DNA of 64,000 nucleotides. Source: Candidatus Buchananbacteria bacterium CG10_big_fil_rev_8_21_14_0_10_33_19 (GTDB lineage: Bacteria > Patescibacteriota > Patescibacteriia > 2-01-FULL-39-33). The stretch spans positions 6,090 to 70,089 of the forward strand of contig PEZY01000004.1 of NCBI GenBank assembly GCA_002773855.1, written 5' to 3'. Positions within the stretch are counted from its first letter, which is position 1, and each line of letters starts with the position of its first letter. Made by a program: the position numbers and the translations under genes. Of this stretch, positions 29,278-38,664 are shown in pieces. Below the pieces are notes generated by a model. That model was given only the letters and a program-made list of their open reading frames with translations, had not been told where the DNA came from and made no database searches.

Positions 29278-30612
29278 TTATCTTAAAATAAGGCCTTTTT
29301 CGGTAATTTCCAAAGAATTAAATATCTTAACATAATCAGTAAAACTGTTATCGGCCACTAAACTAGTATTAAATTTAAGGTAATTGCCATTTTCTAAGCG
29401 ATCTAGCCAATTTTGATTCATTAAATATTCATTATTGCTAATGATTATCTTATTATCAACACTTTTATACATTAATTTAAACTGGTTATCTGGTGAATCC
29501 AAATACATCACACCATTTCTATCCAAAAACGAAAACTGACTAATGTCTGGCAATAATTCCAAGACCCTAGTTCCATCGGACAAGTAAACACTTTTAGCAA
29601 CTGGATACCTATTAGCCATAATAGTTTTTAATATTTCCTCTATTTTACCACTATAAATATTCTCGACCACCACATAAAAATCATAATCTCCAAACAACCA
29701 GCCAGAATTATCAGCCTTCTTATTAGCTAGTACAAAAACATTGTGGCTATCAATTGGTAAATAGGTATTTAAAATAACAGCTAACTTACTATCTATAAAT
29801 GATTGATAGTCACTACTAGACGTTGTTTGTAAATTATTTTTCCAGTTATTTAGTAGGTCGCTAAAATTAGTGGTCAAAAAAACAATATCGCCATCAATTT
29901 TATCTTTTAAATTTTTAACTTCGAAAGCAGAATAACTACCAACTACTGATGATATTCCACCATAATACAGTCTTAAACCATCACCTTTAGCTTTAAAGCT
30001 AAGAATTATATCACTATTTTCATTTCTTAGCAGTAACTGAGTAATACCTAAATTAAGATCATCGCCAGATCCTAAAAATAATTTAGAAGCATAAATATTT
30101 ATCGAACTAAACGGATGAAATCTTTTGACAATACTAGATTTGATTATATTTTTTTGATCAGGCGTGTAAACATTTAACCAATTAGAATCCGCTACTAAAA
30201 ATCTATTGTAAGATAATGTTTTATACTCTATATTATTACTCTTAAGTATTTTTTTTACTCTACTAGGACGATCAGTTTTAAAAATAACACCATATTTCAT
30301 AACGTTATTATCTAAACGACCAACAATCGAAACTTCCCGATCAATATCTAAAGATTCATAGCCTGGTAAGCCAAAATTGAAAAGTATTTTATCTAATAAC
30401 CCGTCAATCTTATTAGAGCTATTTATCTTTGGTCGACTAAAATGAACATAAAAATTAACATCACTAGCCACATAATTTATTAGAGTATCAGCAAAATTAC
30501 GTTGCCAAATAGCTAATAATGACACCAAAATAAAAACACCTCCAACTACAGATAAAGCGATAACTTTACTGCGTCTAGAGATGTTTTTAGATTTAAAGTA
30601 ATTAACAAGCAT
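29278..30612 (-). CDS. Hypothetical membrane-anchored protein (444 aa).
   Basis: N-terminal TM helix then a large Asn/Ser-rich soluble region. No motif recognised. Confidence 0.4.
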   Translation of the reverse strand: MLVNYFKSKNISRRSKVIALSVVGGVFILVSLLAIWQRNFADTLINYVASDVNFYVHFSRPKINSSNKIDGLLDKILFNFGLPGYESLDIDREVSIVGRLDNNVMKYGVIFKTDRPSRVKKILKSNNIEYKTLSYNRFLVADSNWLNVYTPDQKNIIKSSIVKRFHPFSSINIYASKLFLGSGDDLNLGITQLLLRNENSDIILSFKAKGDGLRLYYGGISSVVGSYSAFEVKNLKDKIDGDIVFLTTNFSDLLNNWKNNLQTTSSSDYQSFIDSKLAVILNTYLPIDSHNVFVLANKKADNSGWLFGDYDFYVVVENIYSGKIEEILKTIMANRYPVAKSVYLSDGTRVLELLPDISQFSFLDRNGVMYLDSPDNQFKLMYKSVDNKIIISNNEYLMNQNWLDRLENGNYLKFNTSLVADNSFTDYVKIFNSLEITEKGLILR

Positions 30613-30627
30613 GATTACGAGAGAATT

Positions 30628-32889
30628 TTATCTTTTTCTAAAACCAGATCCGCCACGATCACTTCTCTGACGATCAAATCTGGCTCGATCACTGGTATGA
30701 TGTGCACCACCACTTGTAGCTGGATTATCATTTCGTGGCTGAGGTTTGTAATTAGGATCAGCTTGCTTAACTGATAAATTAATTCTGCCTTGATTATCAA
30801 TTTCCATAACTTTAACCTTTAAAATCTGTCCAACTTTAGCCACATCAGCAATACTATTAACTCGCTCATTAGAAAATTCAGAAATATGAACTAGACCATC
30901 TTTACCAGGTAAAATTTCGACAAAAGCACCAAAGTCCATTAGTCTCACGACTTTACCTTCATAAATTTCTCCGGCTTTAACATCTTTAGTTAATCTTTCT
31001 ACCCATTCTTTAGCCTTGTTTAAACCTTCTGAGCCCACACCAGTAATACTAACAGTGCCATCATCATCAATATCAATTTGTACACCACAAACCTCGATAA
31101 TCTCATTAATTATTTTACCACCAGTACCAATTACCGCACCAATTTTTTCTGGATCAATCTTAATCGCAATAATTTGTGGCGCATACTGTGATAATTCTGT
31201 TCGAGGTTCTGCTATGACCTGGTTAATCATATCCAAAATTTCTACTCTAGCTTTTTTAGCCTGAGACAAAGTAGCCTGACAAATTTCCATAGATAAGCCA
31301 GCAGTTTTAGTATCCATTTGAATAGCGGTAATACCATCTCTAGTGCCGGTCACTTTAAAATCCATGCCACCCTCACCATCCTCTAAATCTTGCAAATCAG
31401 TTAAAATTTTATATTTGTCACCCTTTGAGGCTAAACCCATAGCAATACCGGCTACCGGTTTTTTAATTGGCACACCTGCATCCATTAAGGCTAAAGTTGA
31501 ACCACAGGTCGAAGCCATAGACGAAGAACCATTAGAGCCCATGACTTCTGAAACAGTTAAAATAGTGTAAGGAAACTCCTCCTTACTTGGTAAAACTGGA
31601 ATCAAAGCTTTTTCAGCTAAAGCACCATGGCCAACTTCTCTGCGGCCAGCGCCTCTAAAAAATCCCACTTCACCAAAAGAATATGCTGGTGAATTATAAA
31701 AATGCATATAGCGTTTTTTAGAATCATCTTGAGTCATCTCATCTTGAATCATGACATCACTTGGTGCACCTAAAGTAACAATAGACAAAACCTGAGTTTC
31801 ACCCCGAGAGAATAAACCAGTGCCATGAGTTCTTGGCAAAATCCCCACTTCGGCTTCTAACGGTCTAATTTGATCTAATTTTCGACCATCAACTCTTAAT
31901 TCTTTTTCTAAAATAGCTTCAGACACCACCTCTTCCAAATAACCTTCAAAACTATCTTTAACATAACTAATTATTTCTTCATGAGTGTCTGAATCTTTTA
32001 AGGTAGCCACAAATTCATCCAAGACCACTTTAGCCTTAGCTTTTCTTTCACGCTTAGTACCCACTGGTTGATTAAACAAATATTGATCTAATCTGGTGGC
32101 AAAGAATTTTTTAGCTTCTTCAAATATTGCTTCTTTTTCGCCTATCTCTACTTGCATACCAGCATAAGAATCAGCAATTAATTTAGCTTCATCTTGTTTT
32201 TCTAAACCAATATCTTTTCTGATTAATTCGATAAAATCCAAAAGTGGCTTAACACTTTTAACAGCAAAATCTAGAGCACTAGCCATATCATTTTCTAATA
32301 CTTCTTGACCATCAGCATCAATCATCATAACTTTATCGCCAGCCACAGAAATTACTAAATTTAAATTTGAATTTTCTTTTTGATCGGCTGTTGGATTAAT
32401 AATAAAATTACCATCAACTCGACCAATATTAATACCAGCTAGTGGACCATGCCAAGGAATATCAGAAATATGCAGAGCCATAGCCGCTGCTGTAATAGAC
32501 AAAATATCAAAAGAATTTTCCTTGTCATAAGACAATGAAGTTAAAACTACTTGTACTTCATTTCTCATTTTTTGATTAAATAATGGTCTAATGCCGCGAT
32601 CAATCATTCGAGCAGCTAGAACCGCATTATCTGTTGGACGACCTTCGCCTTTGATAAATTTAGAGCCCTTAATTTTTCCAGAGGCGTACATTTTTTCTCG
32701 CACTTCAATTTGTAACGGAAAAAAATCAATACCACTGCGAGCTTCTTTACTCATAACTACTGTCGCTAGAGCTACGGTGTCACCATATCTAACAACACAA
32801 GAAGCATTTGTTTGCTTGGCTAATTTGCCAAATTCTACTGACAATTTTCGGCCAGCGAATTCCATTTCAAAACTTTTTTGTTTTAACAT
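30628..32889 (-). CDS. pnp: Polynucleotide phosphorylase.
   Basis: Two RNase PH domains, KH and S1 domains, and a Gly/Arg-rich C-terminal tail. Conserved rpsO-pnp synteny. Confidence 0.9.
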   Translation of the reverse strand: MLKQKSFEMEFAGRKLSVEFGKLAKQTNASCVVRYGDTVALATVVMSKEARSGIDFFPLQIEVREKMYASGKIKGSKFIKGEGRPTDNAVLAARMIDRGIRPLFNQKMRNEVQVVLTSLSYDKENSFDILSITAAAMALHISDIPWHGPLAGINIGRVDGNFIINPTADQKENSNLNLVISVAGDKVMMIDADGQEVLENDMASALDFAVKSVKPLLDFIELIRKDIGLEKQDEAKLIADSYAGMQVEIGEKEAIFEEAKKFFATRLDQYLFNQPVGTKRERKAKAKVVLDEFVATLKDSDTHEEIISYVKDSFEGYLEEVVSEAILEKELRVDGRKLDQIRPLEAEVGILPRTHGTGLFSRGETQVLSIVTLGAPSDVMIQDEMTQDDSKKRYMHFYNSPAYSFGEVGFFRGAGRREVGHGALAEKALIPVLPSKEEFPYTILTVSEVMGSNGSSSMASTCGSTLALMDAGVPIKKPVAGIAMGLASKGDKYKILTDLQDLEDGEGGMDFKVTGTRDGITAIQMDTKTAGLSMEICQATLSQAKKARVEILDMINQVIAEPRTELSQYAPQIIAIKIDPEKIGAVIGTGGKIINEIIEVCGVQIDIDDDGTVSITGVGSEGLNKAKEWVERLTKDVKAGEIYEGKVVRLMDFGAFVEILPGKDGLVHISEFSNERVNSIADVAKVGQILKVKVMEIDNQGRINLSVKQADPNYKPQPRNDNPATSGGAHHTSDRARFDRQRSDRGGSGFRKR

Positions 32890-33071
32890 ATGTTTCCTTT
32901 CTGATTAAGAGGAGCAGCACACGGATTTTATTTGAAGGTAAATAAGTTCTTCATCAAAAGCTCATTTATTTTCAAATAATAAATCCTAAATACTAAACCT
33001 CATTTTAAATTATTAATATACAAATAAACAATCAAACAAAAAGAGGAGACAAGGCTCCCCTTTTTGTAAAA

Positions 33072-33419
33072 TTATGATTCTGATTCTTCTGTTTCTTCTA
33101 ATTCTTTTTCCATGTCTTCGGTTGGAATTTCTTTTACATCTTCAGCCTTTTTAAAAGTTTTTAACTTTAACTTTTTAGCTAACTCTTCAAAACTTTCAAG
33201 ATTTTCTCGTTGCAAATATTTAAGTAATTTTCTTCTTTCAGAAACCTTACGTAATAGACCTCGGCGTGATGAAAAATCTTTTTTGTGAGTTTTTAAATGC
33301 TCAGTTAGATTTTTGATTTCTTCGGTTAGAAGAGCAATTTGCACTTCAGAAGAACCGGTGTCATTTTCATGGGTGGCAAATTTTTTAATAATCTGCGCCT
33401 TTTTTTTCTTATCAATCAT
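33072..33419 (-). CDS. rpsO: Ribosomal protein S15 with an acidic C-terminal extension.
   Basis: '[29 protein letters not shown]' S15 core. ~25 extra acidic residues at the C-terminus. Confidence 0.85.
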   Translation of the reverse strand: MIDKKKKAQIIKKFATHENDTGSSEVQIALLTEEIKNLTEHLKTHKKDFSSRRGLLRKVSERRKLLKYLQRENLESFEELAKKLKLKTFKKAEDVKEIPTEDMEKELEETEESES

Positions 33420-33503
33420 TTTTAATGATATCCTGTCACGAAATTCCCAGTAATTACTTTAAAAACCAAGAAAATCGCCTTAATAATTAACCTCCTTATC
33501 TTA

Positions 33504-33758
33504 TTATAAAAGACCAGTTTTGTCAATAGCCCGTGTAGATATCTTGCCACTTACAAAATCATCAATGCCAATTGTTTCTTGATAAGCGTTTAAAACCCAA
33601 ATCCAACAAAAAGCCGAAACTACCACCAAAAAACCAATGGCTGCCCAATCTTTTGGTTTCATAACTTGCTGTAAGATTGTTTTCTTTTTTACCGCTGATA
33701 CTTTACTTGGCATTTTGCCAGGCATAGTATTAGGAGTAGAGTTTTTTTGAACTCCCAT
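33504..33758 (-). CDS. Small single-TM protein (hypothetical).
   Basis: ORF with one hydrophobic helix. Confidence 0.3.
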   Translation of the reverse strand: MGVQKNSTPNTMPGKMPSKVSAVKKKTILQQVMKPKDWAAIGFLVVVSAFCWIWVLNAYQETIGIDDFVSGKISTRAIDKTGLL

Positions 33759-33827
33759 AAATATTTTTTATTTATAAATAATATTTATATTATAGCAAAA
33801 ATATTATTTTTGGACAAAAAAACAGGC

Positions 33828-34157
33828 TCACGAGGAGCCTGTGTGTTCACAGTTGGGGCACTGTGTGGCTTGATCCTTTTGTGGATCAACATAACCACAC
33901 CGTGGGCAAGCACCAGATATTTCTACTAGTCGCTTTATTTTTCCCTTTCTTTTTTTCTTGGCCACTTCCTTTTCTTTACTACTGCACTCAGTGGCATAGT
34001 ATTTGTGTTTGTCCCAAGGCTTTTGCAGTTGAATTTTGACATAAAATCCAACCACCTGATCAGCTGTATAAGCATGAAAAGGGCCAGCCACTTTGACCCC
34101 ATCAGACCTACGCCTAATGTCAAAAAGAATGGGCGTCTTCTGCTTTTTTGCTTTCAA
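33828..34157 (-). CDS. Small basic protein with C-terminal Zn ribbon (CPRCG...CPNCEH), hypothetical.
   Basis: Sits in a GC-elevated patch (33830-34680). Cys4 motif. Confidence 0.35.
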   Translation of the reverse strand: MKAKKQKTPILFDIRRRSDGVKVAGPFHAYTADQVVGFYVKIQLQKPWDKHKYYATECSSKEKEVAKKKRKGKIKRLVEISGACPRCGYVDPQKDQATQCPNCEHTGSS

Positions 34158-34160
34158 TAG

Positions 34161-34671
34161 TCATCTCCTACTGTTGAGAATTGTGCCAGCCCATCTGGCC
34201 ATAGCCGAATAAACACTGCGAGAGACATGGGTAGTAGTCGGCTGCTCTTCATTTATCACTTGGCGACCATTGTCTATTAAGGCAATTTTGCCAGTGACAT
34301 TTGAAAAAGTAAACCGAGCGTTGTACTCGACAACATCAATTGTGACCTGTTGCTTCTGTCGATCAACTGACTGAAGTAACAAAGTCACCTCTTGACCACC
34401 ACTTCTTCTAACAATTTTTTGAGCCAACTTGTGTTCTCCTCTGGCTGATTTCCGATTGAACTGCTTCTGCCCAATCATCCATAGCGATACCAGAACGTTC
34501 GTCGTAGAAGTCACCAGAACACCACGACTGCGACAATAAGGCTTCCCAAATTATCTGCAATTCTGACAATGTCATAGTCTTCAACTTTTCAAAAATACTA
34601 GACATGATTTTTTTCCTTTCTTGTAAGGTACGTTTCACCTCGATTATATCATATTTTAGTATTTTTGTCAA
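34161..34671 (-). pseudogene. Two out-of-frame overlapping ORFs (34161..34514 and 34408..34671). Possibly one frameshifted gene or a genuinely overlapping pair.
   Basis: 107-nt overlap in different frames within the same GC-shifted patch. Neither ORF has a recognisable domain. Confidence 0.25.
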
Positions 34672-34694
34672 TAGTTATATCCAAAATAAGCCAT

Positions 34695-34719
34695 AAAACA
34701 CGGCTTTTAACCGTGTTTT
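34695..34719. terminator. Bidirectional terminator between the nitroreductase gene and the GC-shifted patch.
   Basis: AAAACACGG-CTTTTAA-CCGTGTTTT 9-bp hairpin. Confidence 0.5.
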
Positions 34720-34737
34720 GTAATATATAATTATTTA

Positions 34738-35238
34738 CTAATAACTTTCTTGCTTTATTCTAGTTCTATCAAAATCATCTTCACTATGCTCTTCTTCTGC
34801 TTTACCAATCACACCAATTGGTATTAAACATAAAACTCTGTGTTCATCTGGTACTGACAACAACTCTTTTACCTCTTTTTGCGCATTCTCATTCCCTCTG
34901 ATTTGCACCCAACAAGCACCCAAGCCTTGATCAGTAGCTTCTAGCCAGATATGTTCGGCCGCAATCGAACAATCTTCCACCCAGTCTGGACTTTCTGTTT
35001 CGTGACCCACAACTGCAATGACGACCTGAGCATCTTTAACATGTCCTGACCATGGTGTTACCTTGGATAGTTTTTCTTTAGTTTCGTTATTTTTAATAAT
35101 TATTAAATCCCAAGGATAAATAGCATTAGCTGATGGGGCGTACATGGCCGCTGATATAATTTCATTTAATTTTTCATCACTAACCTTCTCGTCTAGATAT
35201 TGACGAATGGCTCGTCTTTTTTTAATAGCTTCAATCAT
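34738..35238 (-). CDS. Nitroreductase-family flavoprotein.
   Basis: 'KKRRAIRQY...ISAAMYAPSANAIYPW' nitroreductase N-terminal signature. Confidence 0.75.
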   Translation of the reverse strand: MIEAIKKRRAIRQYLDEKVSDEKLNEIISAAMYAPSANAIYPWDLIIIKNNETKEKLSKVTPWSGHVKDAQVVIAVVGHETESPDWVEDCSIAAEHIWLEATDQGLGACWVQIRGNENAQKEVKELLSVPDEHRVLCLIPIGVIGKAEEEHSEDDFDRTRIKQESY

Positions 35239-35258
35239 ATATATATTTTAATTTATAT

Positions 35259-36191
35259 TTAAATTTTAATTTCCATAATAGTTTTAGCTAACTTTTTTGA
35301 ATCATGTCTAAATAAATTTGTATTACTAATCAAATCAATTTTAGTAACATGATTGGGATTACCACTAACATCTGGAGACACAAAAAAAGAATTCTCGTTA
35401 GCATAAACTTTGGATAATTCTTCTGACGGTCTTTTGGTATTTAATATAACATGATCAATGGCATTATTACTATACCTTTGAACTTCAGCTATAAAATCAC
35501 GAGCGGTAAAATTATTAGTTTCACCATATTTGGTCATTACATTACATACATAAATTACTTTGGCTTTAGTAATTTTTAAAGCTGGAACAATGCCTTCGAC
35601 TAATAAATTAGGAATAATGCTAGTATACAAATCACCTGGCCCAATAATTACTAAATCGGAATTCATAATTGCGGCAATGGCTTTTTTATAAGCAAAGGCT
35701 TTGGGCTCTAAAAATACCCGCTTAATTTTTAATTCGGGATTGTGCTTAGGAATATCAATATTCGTTTCACCATGAATAACTTGACCATTTTCTAATTCAG
35801 CGCCAAGCTGCACATTATCTAAAGTCGCTGGCACGGCCTGACCTTTTACTTCCAATAACTCTGAAGCCACCTCAATAGCCGTAGGAAAATCACCGGTAAT
35901 TTTTGTCAGAGCAGTAATAATTAAATTACCCATATTATTTCTTTCTTGTTCACCATCAAAACGATATTCAAAAATTTGACGCCAAATATCCGCTCTATTT
36001 TCTGAGAGAGCTACTAAACAACGGCGTAAATCACCAGGTGGCAAAACTCCAAATTCATCTCGTAGCTGTCCAGAGCTACCACCACTATCAGCTGCGGTCA
36101 CGACAGCTGATAAACTAACATCATATTGTTTTAAGCCTAAAAGCAGGTTATAAGTGCCAGTACCCCCGCCGATGACTGTTATTTTTTTCAT
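35259..36191 (-). CDS. YvcK/CofD-family (UPF0052) gluconeogenesis-factor-like protein. Start set at 'MKKITVIGGGTG'.
   Basis: 'ITVIGGGTGTYNLLLGL...AVVTAADSGGSSGQLR...PPGDLRRCLVAL' closely follows the YvcK N-terminus. Confidence 0.8.
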   Translation of the reverse strand: MKKITVIGGGTGTYNLLLGLKQYDVSLSAVVTAADSGGSSGQLRDEFGVLPPGDLRRCLVALSENRADIWRQIFEYRFDGEQERNNMGNLIITALTKITGDFPTAIEVASELLEVKGQAVPATLDNVQLGAELENGQVIHGETNIDIPKHNPELKIKRVFLEPKAFAYKKAIAAIMNSDLVIIGPGDLYTSIIPNLLVEGIVPALKITKAKVIYVCNVMTKYGETNNFTARDFIAEVQRYSNNAIDHVILNTKRPSEELSKVYANENSFFVSPDVSGNPNHVTKIDLISNTNLFRHDSKKLAKTIMEIKI

Positions 36192-36279
36192 ATATTTAAA
36201 GATAACTGAAATATTAACAAAAATAAGGCTAAAAAGCAATTGACTTTTACTAACAAAAATGCTATATTTGTTAGTACTT

Positions 36280-36352
36280 GTCCGAGTAGCTCAGTGGATA
36301 GAGCGACAGCCTTCTAAGCTGTGGGTCGCAGGTTCGATCCCTGCCTCGGACA
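36280..36352 (+). tRNA. tRNA-Arg (anticodon UCU).
   Basis: Cloverleaf folded by hand: acceptor GTCCGAG/CTCGGAC, D-arm GCTC..GAGC, anticodon stem ACAGC/GCTGT, loop CTTCTAA, T-arm GCAGG-TTCGATC-CCTGC. Confidence 0.85.
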
Positions 36353-36386
36353 CAAGTTTTAGATTATTGTTTAAAATTTAGAATAT

Positions 36387-36460
36387 GGTGGCTATGGTGT
36401 AGAGGTAACACAGCAGCTTGTGGCGCTGTTATCGAGGGTTCAATTCCCTCTAGCCACCCA
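36387..36460 (+). tRNA. tRNA-His (anticodon GUG) with a genomically encoded G-1.
   Basis: Extra 5' G opposite discriminator C. Acceptor GTGGCTA/TAGCCAC. Anticodon loop TTGTGGC. T-arm GAGGG-TTCAATT-CCCTC. Confidence 0.85.
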
Positions 36461-36592
36461 TGTATAAACACCGCTAATTTTAACGGTGTTTATTAATACC
36501 CTCTATCGAGAATTGAACCAATCATCCCATTGAATTGAAATTATTCTTCTAATATAGTATTATAAAAAAATAATTTAATACAAATATAAAAT

Positions 36593-37069
36593 ATGTCTAC
36601 AAAAGCTAAATTGGGGGTTTTCATCGTAAATAATCAAGATCAATTACTTTTAATCAAGGAAAAAATAAAGAAAAATCCCGAACCAAGGTGGAATATAATA
36701 AAGGGAAGTTATGGTGATAATGGAATTGAAACCATATTTGATACAGCCAGAAGAGAGTGTCAAGAAGAGGTATCTGTAAAGGTAGAACTAAAAAAATCCC
36801 TGGGATGTTATATAGCCCAAAAAGAAGACGATATTAGAATACAATTCAATTTGTTAGCAGAAATTATTGAAGGCGAACCAAAAATATCAGACACAGAAGA
36901 GCAAAAAAATTATGACGAAAATATTACCGAGTTAAAGTGGTTTACAAAAGAAGAATTAAAATCGTTAAATAAAGACGAATTTATATCAAATAGAATATTT
37001 GTAATGATTAATGATTGGATAGAGGGAGGAGAGTATCCTTTAGAAATATTCAAAACTGTAGAAATGTAA
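36593..37069 (+). CDS. NUDIX-family hydrolase.
   Basis: Nudix-box-like 'GIETIFDTARRECQEEVSV' (E-x7-REUxEE). Confidence 0.6.
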   Translation: MSTKAKLGVFIVNNQDQLLLIKEKIKKNPEPRWNIIKGSYGDNGIETIFDTARRECQEEVSVKVELKKSLGCYIAQKEDDIRIQFNLLAEIIEGEPKISDTEEQKNYDENITELKWFTKEELKSLNKDEFISNRIFVMINDWIEGGEYPLEIFKTVEM

Positions 37070-37096
37070 TAAAAATAGGGTAGCACTTCTAAAGTA

Positions 37097-37849
37097 CTAC
37101 CATTTTGTAAGCTCCAAAATAATAATCTCGTGACTGAAATTATTTTCTGGAGTTTTTTTGAACTCATATCTTGGATAAATTTTTCTTATCCAATCCAAAT
37201 TCTCCTCAGTCTTTCCACCACGTCTTATTACATGTGGAAACCTGCCTAATACCAATGCCTTAAATCCAAAATCCCTGGCTATTTCCATTATACTCTTTTG
37301 ACTGTTAAATCTACTCTCTACACCCAAAAAATCAAAACACAAAATAATCAAGTGACCACCAAAAACCATATAATTGGATGAATTCGAGATTATGCGTAAA
37401 ATAATATTACGTCCATCATCACCACCAAAATCATGATCATTGTAACCACCACTCTCGCATGGCATTTGTGGGGGATTACTTATTATTAAATCAAGATCTA
37501 ACTCCGTTATGCCACTAAAAACATCACTAATTATCCATTTAATGTTGGAGGAATTATCAGATGACTGACTTGCGTGTTCTATTGTGTACTCATCTATATC
37601 ACTAGCAAAAACAACACTTGCTCCTGCAGACAATAGATAGTGAGCTAAAAAACCAATCTCTCCAGTTCCAATATCCAAGACTCTTCCTTGAATAGGACAA
37701 TAATCTAAAACATTTGCTAATAGGAGACCGCTTTTGGGAATATAGCCACCCTCTTTAATTCTCAATGCAACGCCTAAATTACGAGAAACAAATATTCCAT
37801 TTTTCATACGAAAGTCAGAAGAATTACGATATCTGTTTGAGTTTTTCAT
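37097..37849 (-). CDS. Class I SAM-dependent methyltransferase ('NPPQ' small-MTase type).
   Basis: Motif I 'VLDIGTGEIGFLAHYL'. Motif IV 'IISNPPQMP'. Confidence 0.6.
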   Translation of the reverse strand: MKNSNRYRNSSDFRMKNGIFVSRNLGVALRIKEGGYIPKSGLLLANVLDYCPIQGRVLDIGTGEIGFLAHYLLSAGASVVFASDIDEYTIEHASQSSDNSSNIKWIISDVFSGITELDLDLIISNPPQMPCESGGYNDHDFGGDDGRNIILRIISNSSNYMVFGGHLIILCFDFLGVESRFNSQKSIMEIARDFGFKALVLGRFPHVIRRGGKTEENLDWIRKIYPRYEFKKTPENNFSHEIIILELTKW

Positions 37850-37968
37850 ATCTCTGCCTCCTATTAAGATTTTTTATACTCAAAATAAGTTCAGCATAAG
37901 CATCCGCTCCATATTGACTACTGTAACTGTCAATTACTTCCATCGGATAAAAAACATTACTATCGATA

Positions 37969-38664
37969 TCATAGGGGGGTGGCCACAAAAGCCATTAAAT
38001 CTTCAACTTCGCATAATTGACCAAGATTATAAAAATCATTATTTCCAAACAAACGTCGTAGGATTTCCTTTTTTCTTTTTGAAGATATATTTTCAATAGC
38101 CACCTTTCCAAATTCCTCAGTGAAAAGACCATCAAACAAAATATTCTGATCTTCAATCAATAATAAACTAGAAAATTCTTCAAAAGAATAGTTTCTGATA
38201 TATCTGGTGAACCCTACATCACTAACAGGACACTCCCTTAAAACAATTTTTCTTTCAAAATCGCATAACCACATTATCGAATTAAACCAATCAATAATTA
38301 TATTTCTTGGAGCAAAGTCACCCCATAAAAATCCAGTCCCCTTCATGGCCAATAATAAATGTTTTAAGGTGGACAACAATCTCACCCTATCGATAGAAGA
38401 ACATCCTCTAAGATATTCTTCCAAATTAGAGCCACCGCAATATATGGTGGTCAATAATTCTCTCTTATTATCCCAATTAGTAACTGGGACGACTCTAAGA
38501 GTTAATCCATCAATAACTATGGGATTCAAACACAAATGTCTCTGAGCTTCAATCATCTGTGTATATTCTCTTTGTAATGATTTCTTAACAATAACACATT
38601 GTCCATTTTTCTCTACTAGAGATACTCTAGATGAATCAAATGATAAAACCCTTGGCAATTTCAT
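37969..38664 (-). CDS. Small protein-kinase-like fold protein (APH/Kdo-kinase/RIO-like).
   Basis: VAIK-like 'CVIVKK', alphaC Glu 'MIEAQ', catalytic-loop-like 'GDFAPRNIIID', and a DFG-like 'LCDFE'. Confidence 0.45.
   Translation of the reverse strand: MKLPRVLSFDSSRVSLVEKNGQCVIVKKSLQREYTQMIEAQRHLCLNPIVIDGLTLRVVPVTNWDNKRELLTTIYCGGSNLEEYLRGCSSIDRVRLLSTLKHLLLAMKGTGFLWGDFAPRNIIIDWFNSIMWLCDFERKIVLRECPVSDVGFTRYIRNYSFEEFSSLLLIEDQNILFDGLFTEEFGKVAIENISSKRKKEILRRLFGNNDFYNLGQLCEVEDLMAFVATPL

Noticed and set aside
30615-30800. 61-aa ORF overlapping the 3' end of pnp.
   Set aside because: It is entirely contained within the PNPase coding region in another frame and has no independent signals.
36280-36352. 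Initial reading of the first tRNA anticodon as CUA (amber suppressor).
   Set aside because: Re-registering the anticodon stem (ACAGC/GCTGT) puts UCU at positions 34-36, so it is an ordinary tRNA-Arg.
36387-36460. Possibility that the second + strand tRNA starts one base later, with no G-1.
   Set aside because: A D-stem pairing (GTGT/ACAC) only forms when the first G is treated as position -1. The anticodon GUG fits tRNA-His, which characteristically carries G-1 opposite discriminator C73.
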